A DNA stretch of 64,000 nt from Candidatus Omnitrophota bacterium (GTDB taxonomy: Bacteria; Omnitrophota; Gorgyraeia; Duberdicusellales; 4484-171): positions 304,960 through 368,959 of the forward strand of contig PMCS01000029.1 of the NCBI GenBank assembly GCA_003154195.1, in the 5' to 3' direction. Under the pieces are notes generated by a model. That model was not told where the DNA came from. It did no database searches and saw only the letters and a list, made by a program, of their open reading frames with translations. Numbering within the stretch: position 1 is the stretch's first letter; every line of letters starts with the position of its first letter. Made by a program: the position numbers and the translations under genes. Below, in pieces: positions 26,581 through 34,816 of this stretch.

Positions 26581-26625
26581 TTATTTTTTGCTGCGCAAAA
26601 AATAAATGGCATCTGCTTCGCGGAT
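26581..26625. promoter_or_regulatory. AT-rich palindrome TTATTTTTTGC-TGC-GCAAAAAATAA plus CTGCTTCGCGGAT box (copy 3 of 3)
   Basis: The same bipartite motif as at 25727-25775. Located directly after the ftn stop and upstream of the Cys-rich peptide and the ArsP-HMA gene. Confidence 0.55.
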
Positions 26626-26685
26626 GGGGGCAAAGAAATAAGGAATAAATCCTTTAGAATATTTAAGAAAAGAGGAAGTTAAGAA

Positions 26686-26823
26686 TGAAAAAAAAGAAAG
26701 CTAAAAAAACAAAAACTAACGTTTGTTCGGTTTGCTGCGGCGTAAGCGCTAAAAAATCCAAATCAAAAACTAAATGTTGTCCGACTTCGATGACTTCCCG
26801 GGATAGAGGAAGTTGGAATATTT
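26686..26823 (+). CDS. Small (45 aa) Lys- and Cys-rich peptide
   Basis: MKKKKAKKTKTNVCSVCCGVSAKKSKSKTKCCPTSMTSRDRGSWNI, with RBS AGAGGAAG 6 nt upstream. It is missing from the supplied ORF track (below 60 aa) but has a good translation context. Confidence 0.4.
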
Positions 26824-26892
26824 AATGAGATTTGCACCGCGTACTACTAATTAAGCTAGCGCGGTACGAGTGTAGTCAAACTGCGGTGGATA

Positions 26893-28113
26893 ATGAATTT
26901 GTTTAACGCCTTCCTCTCCGAAATAATCAATCTCTGGCTTGACGTGTCGCCGTATTTGTTACTGGGTATTGTTATTGCCGGGTTCATGCATTTATCCGTC
27001 GGCAGGGAATTCATTACCCGGCAGCTCGGCAAGGGCGGTCCGGCTTCGATTATCAAAGCTACGCTGATCGGTATACCATTGCCGGTTTGTTCCTGCGGGG
27101 TTATTCCTTTAGCCGCGGCTTTACGCAAAGACGGTGCGCATAGATCAAGCGTGCTTTCCTTTATGGTGTCCACGCCTACCACCGGTATCGATTCGATCAT
27201 GGCGACCTATTCGCTTTTGGGGCCGCTGTTCGCGTTTTTTCGGCCCCTGGCGGCCCTTGTATCGGGAATTTTAGTAGGTCTGGCTGATTATTTTATTGAA
27301 GGCAGGAAAGAAAAAAACATTCCGTTTATTAAACATGAGCACGTCAAAATAAAACCGGTGTTTAAACTGAAAGAATTTTTTAGATATTCGTTTGTGGAAA
27401 TACCGCAGGATATCGGCAGATGGTTGATCATCGGCACAATTATCGGCGCGGCCATTTCCGCATTCATCCCTAAAGGACTATTTTCACATTACCTGGGTTT
27501 TCCTCTTGATTATCTTGCGGCAATCGGCATCGGTATCCCTTTGTATGTTTGCGCTAGTGGTTCTATCCCTATCGCGGTTTCGTTGATGGCTAAAGGTATT
27601 TCCGCCGGCGCGGTACTGGCTTTTTTGATTACCGGCCCGGCTACCAACGCGATTACCCTTTCTTTCGTTCGCGCTAAACTGGGCAAAAAATCTTTCTATA
27701 TTTATCTGGCCAGTATTATTTTTACGGCAGTCACCTTAGGGTTGATTTTCGATAAGTTGTGGATTATTTTTCGCGGCAATCCCGGGTTTTTCGCGCCGGG
27801 CGGGGAGATGGTGGCGATGCCGTTTAAATCAGTTTGCGGGATATTTTTGTTGATAATTATTATTAATTCCCTGTTTAGAAAAGAACAGTGCGCGATTAAA
27901 CCGGATATTGTTATTTACGTGGACGATATTCATTGCCGGCAGTGTAAAATCGCTTTAGAAAGTAAAATCAGCGAATTAGCGGGGATCGAAGAGGTTTTCG
28001 TCGATATCGGAAACAAAAAGATAATTATGCGCGGAATTGTCGAGAAAGAAAAAGTTTTCGAAAAAATAAAAGAAGCGGGGTACCATCCTAATCCGGATAG
28101 ACCGCAACGATAA
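26893..28113 (+). CDS. ArsP/DUF318-family permease fused to a C-terminal heavy-metal-associated (HMA) CxxC domain
   Basis: ArsP signature PLPVCSCGVIPL within a polytopic membrane core. C-terminal HMA-like fold with HCRQC (VIYVDDIHCRQCKIALESKISELAGIEEVFVDIGNKKIIMRG). Confidence 0.65.
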   Translation: MNLFNAFLSEIINLWLDVSPYLLLGIVIAGFMHLSVGREFITRQLGKGGPASIIKATLIGIPLPVCSCGVIPLAAALRKDGAHRSSVLSFMVSTPTTGIDSIMATYSLLGPLFAFFRPLAALVSGILVGLADYFIEGRKEKNIPFIKHEHVKIKPVFKLKEFFRYSFVEIPQDIGRWLIIGTIIGAAISAFIPKGLFSHYLGFPLDYLAAIGIGIPLYVCASGSIPIAVSLMAKGISAGAVLAFLITGPATNAITLSFVRAKLGKKSFYIYLASIIFTAVTLGLIFDKLWIIFRGNPGFFAPGGEMVAMPFKSVCGIFLLIIIINSLFRKEQCAIKPDIVIYVDDIHCRQCKIALESKISELAGIEEVFVDIGNKKIIMRGIVEKEKVFEKIKEAGYHPNPDRPQR

Positions 28114-28148
28114 AGGAAAAAACTCATTCCGGTTGGTTGACAGAATTT

Positions 28149-30782
28149 CTATACCGTTAAAGTAATTTCTATGAAAATTTCTTTTTTATTCAATTTTTCG
28201 ATATCTTCTTTTTTAATAACGCATTGACTTCCGGTTCCGGCGATGATTTTTCCTTCCAGGCTTATATTTTTAATCCGCAATATCCCCAGTTTTTTGTTTT
28301 CCGCTGTTAACCGGAAATTATATTTTTTGCCGTCGCATTCAAACGATACCCCGATATTTTTTTTAAAAAAGTTTTTCCCGGTAAGTTTCGGTTCAATGGC
28401 TAAATCGCCCATCAAAAATTTTATCCCGATTATCTCCTCAATAAGGGTATAGACATACCAGCTGGCCGAGCCGGTGAGGAAAAAGTAAAGGCCTTTTCCC
28501 TGACGGTTGAAATATTCGGGAATCATTGGATAAATCCTGCCGCTTGTCGTCGACATTTTGTAGATAGAGTTGATTACTTCGAAACCTTCTTTGATATAAC
28601 CCTGCTTGTAGAGGGCATGGGCGAACATTACGGCCATGTGGCTGAAGACAGCGCCGTTTTCCTTGTCGCCGTAAGAAAAACCGAAGGCCCGGCCTAAATC
28701 CATATAAACATCGCCGAAATCGGTGTTGAGTCTGAACCCGCCGAATTTTTTGTCGAGAAGGTATTTTTTCGCCGCTTGCCACATTCTAGGGATTTGGTCC
28801 GGGCCGGCGACGCCGCTCATAATGGCAAAAACCTGCGGCGGCAGCATCATGTTTATTCTCTTACCGGTTTGGCCTTCCACGCGTATGCCTTTGTTGTCGT
28901 AATAGCCGTTAAAGAATCCCGGTTCAACCCATTCGTGTTCTTTGAGCCAACGGGAAGAATGCTCTCCCTTTTTTTCCAAGTCGGCGATCAGCGTGTTGAC
29001 GGAGATATCGATTTTTTCTCCGCTGGGTAATTCCGAAGCATGGAAATAGTCGTTGAGCCGGTTTTGTTTTTCCTGGACGCAGTCATAATTTATAGGCGTA
29101 TTCAAAGTGTCTAGAAGAATGATTAATTCTTTGGATATTTTCATAATATTTGTTTTTTCTTGGAGTTTTTTCAAGAAAAAACAAATATCTTTTAAATTAT
29201 CGCTGTACATAAAACTGAAGGTCACGCTTTCGCCCAAGTCCGGCGCCATGTCCAGACCGTCGTTCCAGTCGGCATTTTCCAGGCGCGTAACATTATGGTT
29301 ACCGACATTAAAAAATTGGACCAGCTGTTGAAGCAGGACATGTTCTAAGACGCTTGATTTTAAAACGTTCCCTCCCGCGTCGCGCTGTAAAAAATCCTTT
29401 TGGATAAATGAAGCGTCAATTTTTTTCGCCCGGTGAAGCTGATGGTCGCGAAAATAAGGTATTTCTTCAAGCAAGAGGTTTAAGTCCCGTGTCCGGTTGA
29501 GATACGATTTGAGCGTAAGATACGGCCAGACGCCGTGGTCCATCCATACCCGCGATATTTTGTTCCGGTCGGCAATAAAGTTTCCTTCCTGGGAGATAAT
29601 GGTTGCGTTGGAGCCGTCCAGCCGGACGCCGGAAAAATTATTTAATATTAACGCCCGCGCTTTTTCCGGTTCGGTCAATAATAAAGTTAAAGCGTCCTGC
29701 CATAAATCGCGCCAGCCCCGGCCGCCTTTGCCGTAATCAAAATGCGGCAGGAACGAACAGCCGAATAGTTTACGTAACGTCGGTTGGAATTTTACCCACA
29801 TCAGCCAGCCGTTAAAATCGCGGTTGGAGAAATCAAAGCTTATTTTGGCGAGATAATCAAGCCAGTATTTTTTAGTTTCCTCGAACGATCCGGCTATTTT
29901 TTCCGGATAAAAGAATCGTTTGGTCAGCCGATTGATTTCTTCATGGGATTGGGCGATGCCCATGATTAAAAAATAAGTTGTTGTTTCACCTTTTTTTAAA
30001 GTTTTTTCGGCAAAGCGTAACCCTGCGCAAATTTCTTTTCCGGCAAATTCGGCTTTATCTTTTTTCTGAGGTTTTATATTCTTATATACCGCGTCGGGCG
30101 TCATTATATCACTTTCGCCCAGGAAAATATCGAGCGTAGGGAATTGTCCTTGCGGCGCGACGGCATTATCCTGATAGCCAAAAACAAAATAACTGGTCCG
30201 GTTTTTACTATGGCCTTTTTCGTCAAAGACCATTGTCGGCGTTAAGACTATGCCGTTTTTAGTCAGCTGGACGCGATTAAGCAGGGAGCTCACGTGACGA
30301 TGGTCGCGCAGATTTTTTTCGCCGCGGCCGAATAAAGGCAGAAATGAGGTCGGCAATAATTTGAGGGTATTTTTTGAGATATTTCTTATTTTTATCTGCA
30401 TTATTTCGCAAGAGGTATCATGGGGAACGAAGTTGGTTATTTCCGCGGCAATATTTTTTGTTTTTTTGATGATTTTATGATAAAGAAAACCGGCTTCCAG
30501 CGTGTCTTCGTCCCACGCTTGGGATAAACGCAGAATTTCATTATTATTTATTTTTAAGAAGAAATCACGGCGGCAGAGAGGGCTGCAGCGCAGGTCTTCG
30601 CTGCTCGCGGGTACCGTAAGAAAGGTGGCGTTATTTTTTTTGATATCCCCGGATAGATTGGGGCCGATGGCGCTTAAAATATTCCCGTTTTTATCAGTAA
30701 GGGGAAAATAAAGGTTATATTTTAACGGATTTTTTACGATAAATGTTCCCTTGTCGTCGATAAATTTATAAATCATTTGCAC
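28149..30782 (-). CDS. GH94-like glycoside phosphorylase (cellobiose/chitobiose phosphorylase family)
   Basis: The N-terminus MIYKFIDDKGTFIVKNPLKYNLYFPL matches the GH94 start Y(G)FDD..REYVI..P.TP.PW.NYL. The 877-aa length fits the family. Confidence 0.55.
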   Translation of the reverse strand: MQMIYKFIDDKGTFIVKNPLKYNLYFPLTDKNGNILSAIGPNLSGDIKKNNATFLTVPASSEDLRCSPLCRRDFFLKINNNEILRLSQAWDEDTLEAGFLYHKIIKKTKNIAAEITNFVPHDTSCEIMQIKIRNISKNTLKLLPTSFLPLFGRGEKNLRDHRHVSSLLNRVQLTKNGIVLTPTMVFDEKGHSKNRTSYFVFGYQDNAVAPQGQFPTLDIFLGESDIMTPDAVYKNIKPQKKDKAEFAGKEICAGLRFAEKTLKKGETTTYFLIMGIAQSHEEINRLTKRFFYPEKIAGSFEETKKYWLDYLAKISFDFSNRDFNGWLMWVKFQPTLRKLFGCSFLPHFDYGKGGRGWRDLWQDALTLLLTEPEKARALILNNFSGVRLDGSNATIISQEGNFIADRNKISRVWMDHGVWPYLTLKSYLNRTRDLNLLLEEIPYFRDHQLHRAKKIDASFIQKDFLQRDAGGNVLKSSVLEHVLLQQLVQFFNVGNHNVTRLENADWNDGLDMAPDLGESVTFSFMYSDNLKDICFFLKKLQEKTNIMKISKELIILLDTLNTPINYDCVQEKQNRLNDYFHASELPSGEKIDISVNTLIADLEKKGEHSSRWLKEHEWVEPGFFNGYYDNKGIRVEGQTGKRINMMLPPQVFAIMSGVAGPDQIPRMWQAAKKYLLDKKFGGFRLNTDFGDVYMDLGRAFGFSYGDKENGAVFSHMAVMFAHALYKQGYIKEGFEVINSIYKMSTTSGRIYPMIPEYFNRQGKGLYFFLTGSASWYVYTLIEEIIGIKFLMGDLAIEPKLTGKNFFKKNIGVSFECDGKKYNFRLTAENKKLGILRIKNISLEGKIIAGTGSQCVIKKEDIEKLNKKEIFIEITLTV

Positions 30783-30953
30783 CCCCTGTTATTTTAAATT
30801 GGACATTGAGCATCTATTAATTATTATTAAGCAGAGAAGTTTATTTTTTTTCGCCCAGGATAAAATAAATTTGGCCGGAATAGGAGTTTATAAGGCCGAA
30901 TTTATTTTACACCAAATTTGCTATTTTTCATTAATATTTTTTGCTAATTCGCC

Positions 30954-30982
30954 TTGACAAGCGGCGTATTATGTTTTATAAA
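30954..30982 (+). promoter_or_regulatory. Sigma70-type promoter TTGACA-17-TATAAA upstream of pilin gene A
   Basis: TTGACA at 30954-30959 and TATAAA at 30977-30982 with 17-nt spacing, about 95 nt before the pilin ATG. Confidence 0.5.
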
Positions 30983-31075
30983 TAAAGGGGGAATACTAAG
31001 TTGCCCTCATTATATAATTACTACCCCTCGGAAAAACGTAAGTGTTATCGCACTCAATAAAGGCGGTATGGGCCA

Positions 31076-31447
31076 ATGATGGTAAATTTCTGCAAAAAAC
31101 ATAAAAAAACAGCTTTTTTAAAGGGGTTTACCCTTATCGAATTGATTAACGTTATCGTGATTATCGGGATTCTTGCCGCAATCGCGGTTCCCCGGTTTCT
31201 CAACTTTCGCGATCAGGCTACGTTAGCAAGAGACCAGGGAGTTTTAGCGGCCTTAAGGTCGGCAATCTATCTTTATTATGTGCAAAGCGCCGCCCAGTGT
31301 AATGCTTCTTCTTCCTGCGACGCTTTCTATCCGCCCAACACCACTGTTTTGGTCGGCCTTGTCCACTGGGATCCTCCCGACCTCGCTTGTCAATATAATT
31401 GGACTCTTACTGACGGGTCGCTGGCCAAACCTACCTTTTGCCCATAG
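31076..31447 (+). CDS. pilA: Type IV major pilin (PilA-like), prepilin
   Basis: KGFTLIELINVIVIIGILAAIAVPRF is the canonical class III signal peptide and cleavage/methylation site. Cys pair in the C-terminus. Confidence 0.85.
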   Translation: MMVNFCKKHKKTAFLKGFTLIELINVIVIIGILAAIAVPRFLNFRDQATLARDQGVLAALRSAIYLYYVQSAAQCNASSSCDAFYPPNTTVLVGLVHWDPPDLACQYNWTLTDGSLAKPTFCP

Positions 31448-31873
31448 GCCGGCAGGGTTTTTTCCCTTTCGCAAACGTTTAAATAAAACTTTAAACTGAG
31501 ATTATTTGCGGTTGCCTGTTACCGATTGCCTTGACTTTCAGCAAAAAATATGTTACATTTTAAGTGAAGAAAAAGGCCGTTCTTTACAATCAGGCGAATG
31601 TTTTATAAATACATAATACTCGATAAGAGCAAACTCCGGGTAACCGGAGGACGCAAAGCTACGGATCCTTTGCAAAATACCAAAGAACCTAAAAACTAAA
31701 TAACAAAAATGCTTTAATCTTATATCTTAGTTTTTGGTTCTTTAATCGCCCAGGTTTTAAGTTTTTTGGTATATGCCGTAAGGATTGCCGGGTTGCCGAA
31801 AGTGTTTTTAGCTTAACGGTGAGAATCTATGCGCCGGACTGCTTTTAGTTGAGTGGCCCGGCATTTTTTATTT

Positions 31874-32025
31874 AATGAGACTTCGCCGTAATGAAACTTG
31901 CCCGGTACCCAGGGCTTAGTTGAATTAGCAAGCCCGAAGGGCGTAGCGGGAGGCGGTAGTCGAATCAATGAAACTAAGTCCCGCCGTATTCGGCGGGCCA
32001 AGTTTCATTGCCCCGAAGGGGGTTT
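31874..32025. repeat. Nested-palindrome repeat element, AATGAGACTTCGCCGTAATGAAACTTGCCCGG family (full copy)
   Basis: aatgagacttcgccgtaatgaaacttgcccggtacccagggcttagttgaatta...ggcgggccaagtttcattgccccgaaggggg. The arm taatgaaacttgcccgg pairs with ccgggccaagtttcatt. Related copies lie at 32596, 44236 and 62367. Confidence 0.7.
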
Positions 32026-32050
32026 GAGATCGTTGGGAAAATAAAAAAAC

Positions 32051-32078
32051 TTGACAAATCGGCTATTACTGCTATCCT
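32051..32078 (+). promoter_or_regulatory. Promoter-like TTGACA-16-TATCCT upstream of pilin gene B
   Basis: TTGACA at 32051-32056 with a weak -10 element. RBS AGGAGG at 32145-32150. Confidence 0.35.
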
Positions 32079-32158
32079 TAAAATAAGGGTGTGTTCTTAT
32101 TATATATTAACCATATTTCCCTGCAGGGGTAGGGAAATAAAAAAAGGAGGTGGGTCAG

Positions 32159-32539
32159 ATGCTTAAGTTTAGAAAGAGCAAAGGTTTTACTCTCATTGAG
32201 TTGATCATGGTCATCGTTATCATCGGTATTTTAGCGGCAATCGCGGTTCCTCGGTTTGTAAACTTACGTAAGGACGCGAGAAAGGCCCAGTGCGAAGGCA
32301 GCGTAGCGGCAATCAGGGCGGCGCTTTCCAATTATTTTGCTTATTGGTCGGTTAACAGCGCTCATTATAACGGCAATTTTCCTGCCAGCATTGGTGCTCT
32401 TGATAATTATTTTCAAGATAAGGCAGAGCCGTCGTCTCCCGGTTGGCTCAATGCTACTGCTACTTGGAATAGCTATTATACTTCAGGCCAGACCGGCACG
32501 ATGAACCAAAGTGCCGCATGCGACGTAAACAACTTCTAA
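32159..32539 (+). CDS. pilA: Type IV major pilin (PilA-like), prepilin
   Basis: MLKFRKSKGFTLIELIMVIVIIGILAAIAVPRF. AGGAGG lies 8 nt before the ATG at 32159. A GTG at 32150 (the track start) is less likely. Confidence 0.85.
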   Translation: MLKFRKSKGFTLIELIMVIVIIGILAAIAVPRFVNLRKDARKAQCEGSVAAIRAALSNYFAYWSVNSAHYNGNFPASIGALDNYFQDKAEPSSPGWLNATATWNSYYTSGQTGTMNQSAACDVNNF

Positions 32540-32566
32540 CGACATTTAGGGAGTTATTTTTAAAAA

Positions 32567-32595
32567 GCCCCGCATTTTATGCGGGGCTTTTTTTT
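32567..32595 (+). terminator. Canonical rho-independent terminator after pilin gene B
   Basis: GCCCCGCA-tttta-TGCGGGGC followed by TTTTTTTT. Confidence 0.8.
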
Positions 32596-32665
32596 AATGA
32601 GACTTCACCGTAATGAAACTTGCCCAGTACCCCGGCTTAGTTTTATTGCCCAGCGCTAATTCTGC
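32596..32665. repeat. AATGAGACTTC-family repeat, partial copy
   Basis: aatgagacttcaccgtaatgaaacttgcccagtaccccggcttagtttta. Confidence 0.65.
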
Positions 32666-32986
32666 GCAGTAAGATAGAGGGATGCAGCCAATTTTTTCTC
32701 GGACCGAAAAAACGGCAACCTGCTTCGCAATTCTTGAGAAACAGTTTGAACGCAGGTGTTTTTGTGGCCCAAAACAACGCTAAAAAATTTTTATCCATGT
32801 TTTTTTAATCCTGAGCGCCGGATTTTTGGTATATAGTAATTATCTGTCCGGTAAATTTGTCTGGAACGATAAGGTTTTGATAGGGGTAACACCTATTTAA
32901 GAAACTGGTCTAAGTAAGCGGTTAAGCGGGGAGTTAAACTTTACCGCAGGTTTCAGTTGTTCGGCGGTTATCAGGATTTACAATAG

Positions 32987-34645
32987 TTAACGCTGACGAT
33001 ATTTTTTCAGGTCTTCGGAGAATTGGGAGGTTGGTTTTGATCCTAATTCGGCCGCCCTGTCGCAATGCTTTATGGCTAAATTATATTTTTTCTGTTTATA
33101 ATAAAGCGCTGCCAAGTATTGATGCGCGTTGGCGTTGCCGGGTTTTTTCTTCAAGAGTTTTTCAAAAGCGTTTATCGCCTCTTCTATCCTGCCCGTTTGA
33201 AAGTAAACTATACCCATGTTATTAATATTATCCGGATATTCGGGATTTATCGCAAACGCTGTTTCAAAAGAAATAATCGCTTCTTTATATTTCCCTAAAT
33301 TAGAGTAGATGACTCCCAAATTATTGTAGGCGTTTACCAGCTGCGGTTCGATTTCTATTGCTTTTTTGTAAAAAGTCACAGCCTCTTGATATCGGCCAAG
33401 CTGATTATATTCATTGGCAAGGTTAAAATAGGGCCTGGCGCTACGGGGCGAATATTTTATCGTTTGCCGATAAAATCCTATCGGTTCCCGCCAATAGTAA
33501 TTTTGCCGGGCTGTTAAATAACAATAGGCGATTATTAGTAAAATAGCCGCTCCGGCCGTTATTATTTTGTATTGCCGGTTGCTGTAAATTTGGGTAAACC
33601 ATTTTCCCAGAATAAGGAAAAAGCCTACGGAAGGGACATATAAAAAATGTTCTGCCATATAAAAAGTAAGGGGAGGATAAATATTCGCGACCGGGATAAG
33701 CGTTATAAAAAACCATAAAACGGCAAACGATACTAAGGGGTTTGTGTTTTTTCTGCGCCCGGCATAGGCGATAAGGCAAATTGTTGCGCCTACGCCGGCA
33801 ATTGCCTGAGGGTGGCTGAATTTGAATAACTGGTTGCCGTATTCCATGTGCAGGTTCCAGGGAAGAAACAGCAACCGCAAATAGCCGGCTATGGCCACAA
33901 AGAAGCCCGGTGTCCTTTTCCAGGCGCCGGCAAGCAGGGATAAAGGAATGGCCGCCGATTTAGACACCGCAAGCCTTAAAAAAAGATAAACCGACAGTGT
34001 CGTTATTATCAAAAGAAACGCTTTGCCGTTGATTTTTCTTTTAAAAACGACGTGGTAGAGTAATATCAAAGCAGGAAAGACGATGCTGCCTTCTTTTGAT
34101 AACAGCGCCAATCCGTAAGTTAAAAAAGTTAGAAGATAAAGGGACGCGCCGGTAAGCCTGATATAGCAAATAAAACAAAGCAACATAAACAGCAACGCTA
34201 AAGAATCTGCCCGACCGGAGATATAACTTACTGCTTCCGTGTGTATGGGGTGAACAACAAAAAGCAAAGCGGTCAAAAAAGCAAGGAGCCTGTCGCCGAA
34301 GAGGCAGGCAACCAGCCGGAATAAAGCCAAAGCGGTTAAAATGTGCAAAAGAAGATTGGTTATATGGTAGCCGACGGGATTAAAGCCCCATAAGCGGTGA
34401 TCAAAGCTGTAGCTAAGCAGTTGCAGCGGGCGGTAAAAATAAGAAGGCGCATCGGTGTCCCCGATAGTTTTGGTAAAAACGGATTTTATGCCCGGACCGC
34501 CGCGGAGCGCGGGGTTGTTTTTAACTAAAGTTGTGTCATCCCACAAAAATTGGCCTTGAAATGAATTGTAGTAAGCGATAACAGCGGCGGCGATGATAAG
34601 CAAGGAAAAAAAAGTATAAGTTTTGTTTAATCCGAAAACTGCCAT
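32987..34645 (-). CDS. TMTC-like transmembrane glycosyltransferase (PMT_2/DUF1736 N-domain + C-terminal TPR repeats), paralog 1
   Basis: FLWDDTTLVKNNPALRGG (PMT-like loop DD motif), about 10 TM helices including a DUF1736-like region, and C-terminal TPR repeats (AINPEYPDNINNMGIVYFQTGRIEEAINAFEKLL). Confidence 0.7.
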   Translation of the reverse strand: MAVFGLNKTYTFFSLLIIAAAVIAYYNSFQGQFLWDDTTLVKNNPALRGGPGIKSVFTKTIGDTDAPSYFYRPLQLLSYSFDHRLWGFNPVGYHITNLLLHILTALALFRLVACLFGDRLLAFLTALLFVVHPIHTEAVSYISGRADSLALLFMLLCFICYIRLTGASLYLLTFLTYGLALLSKEGSIVFPALILLYHVVFKRKINGKAFLLIITTLSVYLFLRLAVSKSAAIPLSLLAGAWKRTPGFFVAIAGYLRLLFLPWNLHMEYGNQLFKFSHPQAIAGVGATICLIAYAGRRKNTNPLVSFAVLWFFITLIPVANIYPPLTFYMAEHFLYVPSVGFFLILGKWFTQIYSNRQYKIITAGAAILLIIAYCYLTARQNYYWREPIGFYRQTIKYSPRSARPYFNLANEYNQLGRYQEAVTFYKKAIEIEPQLVNAYNNLGVIYSNLGKYKEAIISFETAFAINPEYPDNINNMGIVYFQTGRIEEAINAFEKLLKKKPGNANAHQYLAALYYKQKKYNLAIKHCDRAAELGSKPTSQFSEDLKKYRQR

Positions 34646-34816
34646 CGGGCGTCGTTTTATCCTTAACCCATGGGGTTTTTTAAGTTATAGAGAAACCGGT
34701 TGTATCCCCAAAGTCTAAATGTTTTTCGGTCGATATTGAAAAATCCCTTTAAGTTTTAGATTGATTTGATATACTTATTAATAATAAATCTAAATAATAA
34801 GGGTGTCAAATAAATT

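Noticed and set aside
26840-26892. Possible ArsR-type operator (accgcg...cgcggt) upstream of the ArsP-HMA gene
   Set aside because: It is only a 6-bp inverted repeat with a 20-nt spacer and no ArsR gene is nearby. That is too weak to call.
31813-32001. 62-aa minus-strand ORF
   Set aside because: It lies entirely within the nested-palindrome repeat element.
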